Source: Balanoglossus misakiensis | Taxonomy: Eukaryota > Animalia > Hemichordata | DNA length: 64,000 nt | Reading direction: 5' to 3' | Assembly (NCBI GenBank): GCA_040954595.2 | Contig: CM082598.2 | Location: 248,001-312,000, forward strand | In this document: positions 39,885-51,319 of the stretch, in pieces | Layout: each line of letters starts with the position of its first letter | How positions within the stretch are numbered: the stretch's first letter is position 1 | Program-made: the position numbers and the translations under genes | The notes under the pieces: model-generated | Databases searched by the model: none | The model's input: the letters and a program-made list of their open reading frames with translations, nothing else | Told to the model about the DNA's origin: nothing

Positions 39885-42800
39885 ATGTTCAGAATGATTT
39901 TGATGCTCCGTTTCTTCTTGGTTGTGTTGGTTGCCCTAGAGACAAGTGGTCGGACTGCACGAGAATGGAAAACAAGAGTTGTTTATCAGGTAAGACTTTG
40001 CCACCAATTATATGAACTCTTGTAATAGAGGGGCACATTGCACACAGATGAAAGCTGTATGCAGATTCGCAGACAGAGACAAACAGATACAGACACAGAA
40101 GCAGTGAAAACTGTCATTAATTGCTTCCCATTGCAGGGTCTGAATTAGTATCGTTGATATGTAATTATACCAGCGGTGCCAATCTTTGCTGCTTTACTTT
40201 CATTTTGTTTGCTAAAAGTGATTAAAATCTGAAATCTCACCTATCTGATTTAAACCTAAAACTGACGTCCATGATCATACATTATAAGGAAGTACAACAA
40301 TTTTCTGAATGCAATTGTATCCGCCACTTGAGTGCACCATGGGTCGAAGAACAACCATTTCTTTCGTTCCAGCATAATACTGGATTGTCTTGACCTCTGT
40401 ATAAGGTTATTTGCGCTTGGGTTTGTGCATGTAAAGAAATGTGTATTAAGTACCCTTCAGAAACGCTTACACAACTTTGGCATAGCTCCTGTGCATGCAC
40501 TTAAAAAATCAGTTTCTTTGATTCTAACCTGTACGTAGTAATAAATCTCGTCCACTTACTAAATGCTATTGTATTTTTGTCTTTACTTGAACTTCAAAAA
40601 GATTGATAAGGAAGTCGGTGGAGAGAAAAACATCAAAAGACAAATATGTTGTCTTATTTCTGACACTTTATAATATATCACACATTCTACACAACGAGTT
40701 CCGTCAAAGAGTGCTGTATGTATGGCACTGCCTTGATTTATGTTGGCAGGTTTAAGCCGATATTGAAAGGGTTATCACGCAAAGTTTGGCCGATTTGTAT
40801 TTACAAACGCACAGTTCCACACTTAGTAAAAATGAAGTGGTTTGACCGTGCATGGTACTTCCATGGTTTGACGAGAATAAAGAGTGAATTAACTGTTTAG
40901 AAAAAAAAAATCACTTTTCTGATGCATGTTTTTGCAGGGGGGGGGGACACTTTTTCATATTGGTCGACTTTTGATCATTTTCTGAAAAGAAACCCATTGC
41001 TGTAGATCGTTACAGATCGTTTCGCGCACACAGATGCACAAGACACACCTAGTCGACAGTGTAGTAACTTAAATGGATATTGTGGAGGTACTTTTAAAGG
41101 TATCGAGAGACATCTGGACTATATCGAAGGTTTGGGTGAGTTCAACATGTACATTTTGTACAATTCTAGCATAGAGTATTATCCTGAATATGGGAGGTGT
41201 TTACCAAGTCAACATAATACACCAGAAGTTGAGCAAAATGATTGTCAAAAATATTTAGTGGTATGAATGGCATCCTGTATTTGTAGGGCTTCTTATGGGT
41301 TGAAAATCAAGTGCTACTTATACTGCCAAAGTTGTACTAAAATGTGTACGTAATATGCTTTGAAATTGTTAAGTTTTGGAAGAATTAGAGTTTATTGCCG
41401 AATCGCATGACATCTTAATATCCGAATAATAAAAATGACAACCCCCAGTGAAAACAAAGAAAGCGCGAAAAAAGGGTAAAAAAGTTAGTGTCTCCAAACA
41501 CAATGAATGTGCTCGTGCTTGGTATGAGTGAATGCAATAATACATGTATAAATTCTTGCAGGTGTTAATGCAATATGGATCTCTCCATTTGTGACAAATA
41601 CCAACGAGACAACTTCTAATCTTGGTTACCATGGTTACTGGCCATTGGATATTTATGCAATCAATCCATTCTTTGGATCATCCCAGGATTTAGTTGATTT
41701 GGTCAATGCTTGTCATGACCGTGACATTTGGGTCATGGCTGATGTGTAAGTCTTAAGTTCTTTTTAGATGATAACTATGGCAACTGTGAATAATTTTTCT
41801 GTTTGAGATTGAGATGTATGTACATGTATGTCATTTTCACAATCTTGTTTGTCTTTTTAATGCCAGGGTCCTCACTCATATGGGCTATCAAGATGGCTGT
41901 ACCAGTTCATCATGCAGTCCCACAAACAACTTTACTAAATTTGTCCCTTTTGACCAGCCTGAACATTATGAGGATTTCACTGTAAGTCTCTAATTAGGTA
42001 CCAGTGTGAAATAAACAGGATTTTTGTTGAAATTTGTCATGTGCATTGAATCACACTTCTTCACTTCAAGATAGTTGTGTTTTGGTTTATCTAACAGCAA
42101 ACCAGATTTTGATGATTTTGAAACTACTTTATTTGTTCTTGCATCCTTAATTTCAGTAAACTTGTATAACCACTCAGATGCATCTTTTGCTGATAGAATG
42201 CAAATACATTATCTCATTACTTCTGCACGTAAACAAACTTATAACACATTTGAGAATGAACTTGTTCAGTACTCTGTTCCATTTAACATGATTTAAACTG
42301 TATGTATATCAGATGTGGAGTTCCAACCTTCCAAAATTGAACCACGCAAACAGCTTTGTGAAGACAACTTTGATCAAATGGATAGAGAGTCTCTCTTCGA
42401 CATATGGTTTTGATGGATTTCGCATCGGTGACATTGATGATGTAAGTAATCCCTGATACATGTACAAGACGAAATCACAAGAAAATCATAAATGTCTACT
42501 TGTCTGAACTGTCATGATGAAAATAGTGTGTAGTAGTTTATAAAAGATGGCAGCCACATGACATATGGCATAAGGCCTGCAGAGATCTGGAAATGAGTGG
42601 AAAATTACCTATAATAGCAATGCTTCTACTCTTCTGACAGCTGATAACAGAAAAGGACAATAAATGTAGTAAATATAAATTTGAAATAGCATTCTAATTA
42701 ACTTCTGTGACAGGATTTAAAAAAGCACACAAAAACATGTGTTACCAAAGAATTTAATTTCCTCATAATACAACATATTGAAGTACCTATATTGTTAAAA

Positions 42801-44947
42801 ATCATTCAGCACCAAGTTGTACCATAAGTAAAACTGTGTCATTAACACACCACCACCATCACCATGTTTTCTTGTTCTGTAACTCTATTGTTCTTTAATT
42901 TTGCCTTTGCAATCTCAGATACCAATTACATTCTTAGAGGAACTCAACAACTCTACTGATGTGTTTACAATTGGAAAAGCTAAATCCTGCTCAGGAGCTC
43001 AATTGGCAGATTTACAGCCTGCCTTGGACGCTGTTTTTGATGATGACATGTATTTAGCTCTCATCAGTTTTATGTCTAGTACATCTTACATTAATGGTTA
43101 TTACATCATTCCTGACAAATTGGCTCTAAAAGTAAGTAGATTTAAGCATGCATAAGTATATAGCCCCTCTCTATGAATCAATTTCAGATGATGTTGTTTT
43201 GGGGCAGACACACGTGCCTAATAATTCCATCACTGATTTTATAAATGGTATTTCATCCTTACAGCGAGGATTCTTTCAAGATTCATCAGTTCTTGGCAAC
43301 TACATAGATAACCATGACATACAAAGATTTCTGGGCAGATCTAATAATGACATGACGGACCTGAGAAATGCACTGGCATATCTATTGATGACTGAGGTAT
43401 GATTTTCAGATTTATCTTCTAATCTTTCTGATTGCTGTGGTCATGCAGACACTGTGCCTTTGAATAAGTGAGGTGCTTATATCCTATACCAAGCTTTGAG
43501 CATTTCTCCCTGCTATACATATTCAGTACTACACCTATCTAGTAGTATCATTGGAATTTTGATCAGCATGCATAGATGGAGGAAGGGCATATAGAGATAG
43601 ATATAGAAGTGTATCTGTTAGCCGTTGCCCACATTGTAATATTTTTTTTATTTTAGGGGATACCATTTATCTATTATGGCACAGAACAGGTTCCTGAGTT
43701 TGTTGGTGGATCAGGGTCTTCCAACCGTGAATCACTTTGGCCTTATTACATAAAGGGTAGAAGTTTATACCAGGTAAGCTGTTGCACCATTTTAATTGTG
43801 ACAAGCTTTAATACTACATTCAACTTTGTCAGACACACAAGAAAATATAGTACCATAAGGCTACAGTCTCAAAACAATGTGTATTAATCAGAGACTGTGA
43901 TTCTACAATTTAAATGAGAGTACAAAGCATCTCTTGCACAAACCTCACATTTAACTATATTTCACTATTTCAGTTCATATCCACAATTCTGAAACATCGC
44001 AAGACTCTGTTTGGTACAGCAGTTACTGATTACGAAAATGTAGAACAAATGGATTGCTATTACGACAGCAGTATTTATATTTTCACCCGGAAAACGGTAT
44101 AGTTAATATTTTATTTTATTTTATTTATATTAGTATGTAGTTGGATTCAAGGAAACAAGCTACAGCACCAAATCTGGATGACCAAAGGGTGCAGAATGTA
44201 GCCTGGAAAAATAATGCTCTCGGTAGAGTGTTTAACTCAAAGATGCCCTTGATCTCTGTGTCAGTCTGATTAATATCAGCTGTAGTGGTTATAAAGTGGC
44301 ATCTTTACATTTGCTTGTCCTGTGCTGTTTAGATTATGCAACAGAACACCAAGCATAGGTAAAGCCACCCCTATCTCTACAGCTGACTTAATGTGTACAT
44401 GTTTCTCTTTGACAGACTTTGGTGGCAATAGCAAATCTGGGGACTTCTAGTCGTTATCTGATACGAAAACACCCATTCGGAAAGGGAACAGGTAAAGCAG
44501 AAAGCGTGTGAATTTTTCACATGGGTACTTGTTTACTGTCTCTGTTACTGTAACACTACCGGGTAATAACAGTAACTTCTCATAAGCCAGTAATCCTTCC
44601 TTGGCAACAGAAGGTCTTGTGTGCAATCATTCACTGTTAACTGCATAATTTAGTTCTTACAATTAAGGACTTATACACAGATGATTTGAGAGTTATATTC
44701 CTATCGCAAGGTCAAATGTAATCTTTAACAAAATCCTTTTTGTTTGTTGGATTTTCCAGTACTCAGAAACATCTTTGACCCAACCGACACAGTTACAGTT
44801 CAAAACGATGGAACCTTTTACATCCAGTTTCAAAGTGGTGAGCCGAAGCTATACAGCGATGGGAGAAAATTGGCCTCTACTTTACTGTCTGTCTTGTCTA
44901 TACATGCTATAGGCCTCTTGATTTCCCAATTGTTCACATTTTATTGA
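39885..44947 (+). CDS. GH13 alpha-amylase-like protein of fungal/Taka (GH13_1) type, with signal peptide and hydrophobic C-terminal tail; 11 coding exons
   Basis: Spliced translation: (MFR)MILMLRFFLVVLVALETSGRTAREWKTRVVYQ|IVTDRFA...YCGGTFKGIERHLDYIEGLG|VNAIWISP...GYHGYWP...WVMADV|VLTHMG...|...LPKLN...YGFDGFRIGDIDD|...FTIGK...|...YIDNHDIQRF...|GIPFIYYGTEQ...NRESLW. These match Taka-amylase motifs. The start is at 39885 or 39894. Confidence 0.9.
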
Positions 44948-45500
44948 ATTGATTTCCTGATAGAAATATTAGACACATCTGAAGTAAACTTGACCAAATT
45001 TGGTAGAGTGGAGTTGTAGATCAACATCACTTGCACATACCAAATCTTTCAATTTGTTTTTTTGTTTTTATGTATGAACTTCATAATACAGAGCAGAACA
45101 GAATGACTAGAAGAGAACAAAACCTTATCAAGTTTATTTTCCAAAACTGCAATCACTTCAATTTTGCTACTATATATATCAGGTTGGCAGTGTTCATATA
45201 GATAGACACTTGGTAGACTTTAATTGATTTTATTTTAAAATATGTCTTTTGTAAGAGCTCTCATAGATTTAAATGTTACTTTAACTTCTGTAAACAATGA
45301 GTAGAAATAGAGAATGCCAGATGAATAGGACAGTTGAGTAAAATTCATGAAATTTCAGTCAATGTATAATTTACTTTCACTTGTCAGCTCGGATATATCA
45401 TCTTTCATAACAACTTTTGACAATTTTGTCTGAAAAGTAAGTTATTTCAGTGATCTAGATTACTTGGACAATGTGCTGTGATTATATTTTAGAGTGGTAA

Positions 45501-46549
45501 AAATAAGTTGGATGCAAATATTCTAGATAAAACCCCTCCCACCCTGAAGTAGTCTAGAATCTATCCGTTCGTAGTCGCATTCACCCCACTACCTACTAGT
45601 AGGGTGAATGCGACTACGAACGGATAGATTCTAGACTAACCCTGAAGAAGATTGTTATTCCTTTGAACTGGGTTCATTCCAGGTAACAATGTCCCAATTC
45701 AATATCTTTATAAATAAGTTGGATGCAATATTCTAGATAAAACCCCTTCCACCCTGAAGTAGTCTAGAATCTATCCGTTCGTAGTCGCATTCACCCTACT
45801 ACCTACTAGTAGGGTGAATGCGACTACGAACGGATAGATTCTAGACTAACCCTGAAGAAGATTGTCATTCCTTTGAACTGGGTTCATTCCAGGTAACAAT
45901 GTCCCAATTCAATATCTTTATAAATAAGTTGGATGCAATATTCTAGATAAAACCCCTCCCACCCTGAAGTAGTCTAGAATCTATCCGTTCGTAGTCGCAT
46001 TCACCCTACTACCTACTAGTAGGGTGAATGCGACTACGAACGGATAGATTCTAGACTAACCCTGAAGAAGATTGTCATTCCTTTGAACTGGGTTCATTCC
46101 AGGTAACAATGTCCCAATTCAATATCTTTATAAATAAGTTGGATGCAATATTCTAGATAAAACCCCTTCCACCCTGAAGTAGTCTAGAATCTATCCGTTC
46201 GTAGTCGCATTCACCCTACTACCTACTAGTAGGGTGAATGCGACTACGAACGGATAGATTCTAGACTAACCCTGAAGAAGATTGTCATTCCTTTGAACTG
46301 GGTTCATTCCAGGTAACAATGTCCCAATTCAATATCTTTATAAATAAGTTGGATGCAATATTCTAGATAAAACCCCTCCCACCCTGAAGTAGTCTAGAAT
46401 CTATCCGTTCGTAGTCGCATTCACCCTACTACCTACTAGTAGGGTGAATGCGACTACGAACGGATAGATTCTAGACTAACCCTGAAGAAGATTGTCATTC
46501 CTTTGAACTGGGTTCATTCCAGGTAACAATGTCCCAATTCAATATCTTT
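45501..46549. repeat. Tandem array, 5 x 210 bp, near-identical units
   Basis: ACCCTGAAGTAGTCTAGAATC starts at 45541, 45751, 45961, 46171 and 46381. Confidence 0.97.
45550..45638. mobile_element. 89-bp foldback/MITE-like element with 9-bp TSD (first of 5 copies; others start at 45760, 45970, 46180, 46390)
   Basis: 41-bp inverted arms (TAGTCTAGAATCTATCCGTTCGTAGTCGCATTCACCCTACT and its complement), a 7-nt loop, and ACCCTGAAG on both flanks. Copy 1 has one arm mismatch. Confidence 0.8.
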
Positions 46550-47460
46550 CTCCATACAAATAAGAATCCCTCCCAGCCACCCCAAGATATGCTTTCCTTT
46601 AAGCTAGAAACTTTTAAGATTCACCTCCTTAGAGTTCAATATATGTTACCATACCAATAAGAACCCCCCTCCCCAAGATATGGTATGTTCCTACCATGCA
46701 AATGACACCCCACCCCACACCTGATTTTTATTCCAGAACCCCCCTCCCATATCCAAGATGATCTTCAGTCCCTGTGCAAATTAGCAATATATTGCTGAGA
46801 GCCCAAACAGAAGGACCTGCCACTAATGCCCCGAACTAGAAACTCTAACACGGTTAGAGCCCCAGAACGCTGAAGTTGGCTTTCCAAGGGCATCTGCGAC
46901 AAGCACTCAGTCAAACCCTACAGCAATTAACCAAAGATGACATCTGCTAGACTCCATAACTAGTACCTAATGCCTCCGGTAACATAGCCCAGTCCTAGCC
47001 GTATTTTGACTAGGCTACCGGTATTACACTGCAACTTGAAAAGTTCGTACCGAAATTGTTCGTTCGAACCAATTTTAAACACGTATCTCTACTGCCGGAA
47101 CATCTCAGCGGTCGCAGATAACTTGACCCGATAACAATTTAACCAAATGCGTCGAAAAACTTTTAAAAAAAGACAATTTTGTGCAGTAAACACAGCGACA
47201 CGCCCACAACTATATATCACATGTATCAAACAAACTTCAAAGGTCATGCACATCCGGGGACTTTGGGTGGCACAGTTGTCAAGGGTATGGCGTTCTTCAA
47301 ACGCTTGTTGCGTCATTTGCTGTTATGGACTTGTTTTCTGGGACAGATAACAGTTAAATGAATGTAAAATCGTTGAAAATATAATATAAAAATGAATTTC
47401 AGCTAGATTTAGCTAATTCTAATGGATTGGACAGAAAAATTTGCTGACATTGACGTGGAG

Positions 47461-47532
47461 GGGGATATAGCTCAGTGGTAGAGCATTCGACTGCAGATCG
47501 AGAGGTCCCCGGTTCGATCCCGGGTGTCCCCT
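47461..47532 (+). tRNA. tRNA-Cys (anticodon GCA)
   Basis: Acceptor stem GGGGATA/TGTCCCC, A box TAGCTCAGTGGTAGAGC, anticodon arm TTCGA-CTGCAGA-TCGAG, T arm CCCGG-TTCGATC-CCGGG, U discriminator, and TTTT Pol III terminator at 47537. Confidence 0.97.
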
Positions 47533-48559
47533 CTACTTTTATTTTTCTCGCTTTTGGGTATGATTTGTAAATAAAATCTTTTTCTTCGCGAAACTCTACA
47601 TAAAATCCTCATCGGTAAACATTTTATTTCATTGTTATTGGTTATCCGATATCGTTTTGCGTCATTTTCGCATTGGATTGTTAATATTATTACAACGTAC
47701 ACTTTTTTTATATATAGAAATAGATATTTTCCCTTCACTGTGTATGCCGTAGACATCTACACATGCTGAAAAATCAAAATTGCTGACCAATTGAATATAT
47801 CAGTTGTTCATGGAAGCAAATGGCTAAATGTGCGATTATCGCGAGATTGGACACTCAAAATATCCAAAACCCAGTTGGATGGCGGTCGGTCACATGCTTT
47901 TCCAAAGATTCCGAAGATGGAACTCGAGTTGTGGGATCGATTCCACCCAACAGAGTTCTAATATTCTACCGTGCGGAATGAACCCAACAAAAGTGTCCTT
48001 GTGCGTTTCTAAGCAGATCTCCAAAGAGAAATCCAATTTGTGTTACGAAAGTGTCTTTTTAAAGATTATTGGCCAATTTTGTCCGGCAACTTCTTTTTCT
48101 CGGTCGGGATTGAGTTCGATCTTCAGCATTCTACCAAACAAAGCGCATATTTTACAACTTATATCAGATGAAGTGTAGCAGTTCTTTTTACTTTGCAACG
48201 AAGCGAGTTTAGTCCTGATTGTTGTCGACCGAAAATCATCGGTGAGTATGTCAAACTGTTGTAATAAAAGAGTAACTTCACTTCGTAGGTTCATTTCAAA
48301 CGTGACAATTTCTTATACTTTAATTGGCGTTCAAATTCTGTTAAGCTTAAATATTATTCGACGGTTGAAAGATGGCTTTCTTGTTGCAAGTTTCTTCTGA
48401 AATCTTTGCGACTATAATCTCGATTCCGCCGGCACCGTTGCTATAGTGTCATCGTTTCCTAGGGCCATCATCATAAGAAATCATATCAGCAATATTGTTT
48501 TCTTGTGGAAGCGGCACAATAATCATCGTTTCTTCATTTCAGACAATTTCAAGTTCGTA

Positions 48560-50765
48560 ATGGGGACTGGGTCAAGCACAGAAGTCTCAGTCGTCAAATC
48601 GATCAATCTGCAACCAACAGTGAGCGTTAGCAACGGTGTTGACGTCAGTGATGACGATTACTTCTTCTCCGCCAGCATGCGACAGAAATGGGACATGATA
48701 CCAGTAGATGATCGTCTTCGTGTCAAAATGCAGAAATTTCATCGGCACCACATCCTCCACACCGAAGACACGTTTTGGGACGAGAAGAAAAAATCGATGC
48801 CGAACATAAAAATTGTCAAAGTCCTGGATGACACTGCAATAAATGTAATTTTGACAATTTTGATAATCATCTTTTTGTCCTCTACCTAAAACCATACAGC
48901 GTGTAAAACTGGTCGAAATAGTTTACTCTAAATCTGTTTTGACATCACGAATTTAATTCTGTTTTCATGCAGGCATCCAATGACTTCGACACTGTTTCAG
49001 CTCTTGTGCATTATCTGTCAGCCATCACGCAACATGAAGTCGAAAGGCATCGAGTTATTTTTCGATGGTTGTGTCACCACATCACCGTGAGTGAATCGGA
49101 ATCGAAAGATGACGATATGGACAGCGATACCCAGATACTGTATACGAGAACTGCAAGTCGTCGGAGATTTGCCAATTTACACATTTACCTGTGCAGGTAC
49201 TGTCTATGCTTAGAGAGAAGGGAGGAGAGAGAGTGTACTTTTGTGTGAGAGAGTCTAAACGTACTTTTCTGAAAGAGAGACAGAGACAGAGAGAGAAACA
49301 TAGAGAGATAGAGAAACAGAGAGACAATGAAAGAGAGGAGAGAGAGAGAGAAGGAATGAGGGAGGGGAGAGGTACTATTCTGATATACTGTGGAATTATA
49401 GTAGTTTTCTGAAAGAGGGGAAAATATACTTTTCAGAGAGAGACGGAGACTTTGTTGTAATACACATTATGAGTATCACATTTCATTTCATGTATTTTGT
49501 ATCTTTCTTCAGACTAGCTGGACTGAAATGTGAGTTAATCGATGGCATATTGCGAACGAGCAAAGATTTACAAAGAATATTTACCCGACCTTACAACAGC
49601 AATCACGCCTGGACAAAAATTAAAATCAATGGGAAATGGTTTTTATGCGACCCTTACCTGGCCTCCGGAAAATGCAAAAGTAAGTTCGTGTGCATTTAGC
49701 TTGTAAGTTGATAAGTCTAGCTCTGTATTCATATTTTCTCGTTAATTTTTCTAGTGTTTGATATCCCCCCACTCCCAAAGTAAGTCATGGACTAAACGTG
49801 GGCATGATTTGACACTTCGCGTATTTCATCAAAAATATTCACCAAGGACAGATCAAAGTGAGATTTCAGTCGAGTGGTTCTTTTGGAATATATTTTTATT
49901 TACAGCTCGCGATTTGGATGATTCTGTGAGGAAAACGTATTGGATGGAAGAGTATTTTATGAGTGACCCTAGACTGATAGCTGTTGATCACATCCCGTTA
50001 GATTCTCACGGAAATGTGAACACAACTGACCAGTTTCTGTCCATCCCTATAAAATCAGTAAACGAATGGAACGGAGAAACGATAAAAGGATCTCTCTATT
50101 TCGCGTTTCGGATGCGCGCTCATCCTTACGATGCTGTCGTTCAGGCACCCAACAACGAAGTGGTGATACGACTTACAGTTCCATACGCCTCTGTGATTGT
50201 GTGTTCGTTGGAACACATACGATCTGGGAAATCCTTTGATGAGCATGTGCTCACCTACTTTGACAGCGATACTATGCATGTACACGTCCGTTTGCCAAAG
50301 TCTGGCGATTACGAACTTAGTGTGGATGCAATACCATGTTTGGTTGACAAATCCCTCAACTGTGATGAAAATACAATCCTTACTTATATTATACAAGGGA
50401 GAGGGAAAACATGGCATCGCAAATTTCCTGAAGATTTTTGTGGTCCGACTTCCAAATTTTACAAACTAGGATTGTGGCTTCTTGAGCCTGATTCTTCTTT
50501 ATTATCACCTGATGAGTCGGGACGATGCCAAATTATCATCAAGATGTACCGCAAGTTAGACTTTGCGACAGACATAACAAAGTGGGATACAGTGTTGGAG
50601 TGGTGTGGTAAACGTCGTTACAGCGCAAAGATGCGGAGAGATGGAGAAAATGCAATATGCGACATTCATGTGTTAGACCCAGGCCATTATTCGGTTGATA
50701 TTTTTGCAAGTCGAGAGGAAAGACCGTCACATATTTATGTTGGAACTTGGCTTGTGAAACGATAA
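48560..50765 (+). CDS. Kyphoscoliosis-peptidase/Hillarin-like transglutaminase-fold protein, 4 exons
   Basis: Exons 48560-48844, 48973-49196, 49513-49679 and 49906-50765 join in frame. Motifs: RVIFRWLCHHI, FANL..LCRLAGLKCELIDG, NHAWTKIKINGKWFLCD, EEYFMSDP..DHIP, then two beta-rich repeats (VRLPKSGDYELSV; VLDPGHYSVDIFA). Confidence 0.85.
49274..49371. repeat. GA-rich low-complexity tract
   Basis: Degenerate (GA)n in intron 2 of the KY-like gene. Confidence 0.85.
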
Positions 50766-51099
50766 ATCAGTCGAAATTGGCCGGGCAGAAAGGCAGGGTG
50801 ACTGGTCTAATTATCAGTGCAGTTCACGAGGAAATGATATGGGGTTAAATACTAGTCTCGACTGTGAATTCTGACATAAATATTTATTAAATGGGATGTT
50901 TTAATAAGTGTTGGTCGACATGCTTATTGAAAACATGAAAATGAAAAACAAAGAAAACGAAATAAAATTGGTCAATGAAAATTACGATACTCTCCGATTA
51001 ACAATTATTTAAAAGATTTAAAAGATTCTTTTTTATCTAGCTCATCGCGGATGTCATTTTCTTGACATTTCTTGGTAATAATGTAAAAAAATACTTGCA

Positions 51100-51319
51100 A
51101 ATTTTGTCTGTGGGCGTGGTGTTGTTTGGAACGCACATGCGCCACCTACGGCAAAATGTATGTATGAACATAGTATCGAGAATAACGGGAGATTCCACAT
51201 TCCGCCATCTTGGTTTAGTGAACTTGCAGTTTCACCGGTGAATTTGTGTTGACTATTGGAATTATTGCTGGACGTACTTAATTTACAACTGCCAATTAGG
51301 AAAGAAGAAAACCGGAAAC
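51100..51319 (+). promoter_or_regulatory. Probable CCT2 promoter/5' UTR
   Basis: CpG-containing region with a GC-box-like GGGCGTGG, an NRF1-like GCACATGCGC and a YY1-type CCGCCATCTT (51202-51211) just upstream of the ATG exon. Confidence 0.45.

Noticed and set aside
45501-46549. CRISPR-like array (palindromic repeats with spacers)
   Set aside because: The spacers are identical, the repeat is 89 bp with a TSD, there are no cas genes and the context is eukaryotic.
47472-47756. 94-aa minus-strand ORF
   Set aside because: Antisense to the tRNA and otherwise AT-rich noise.
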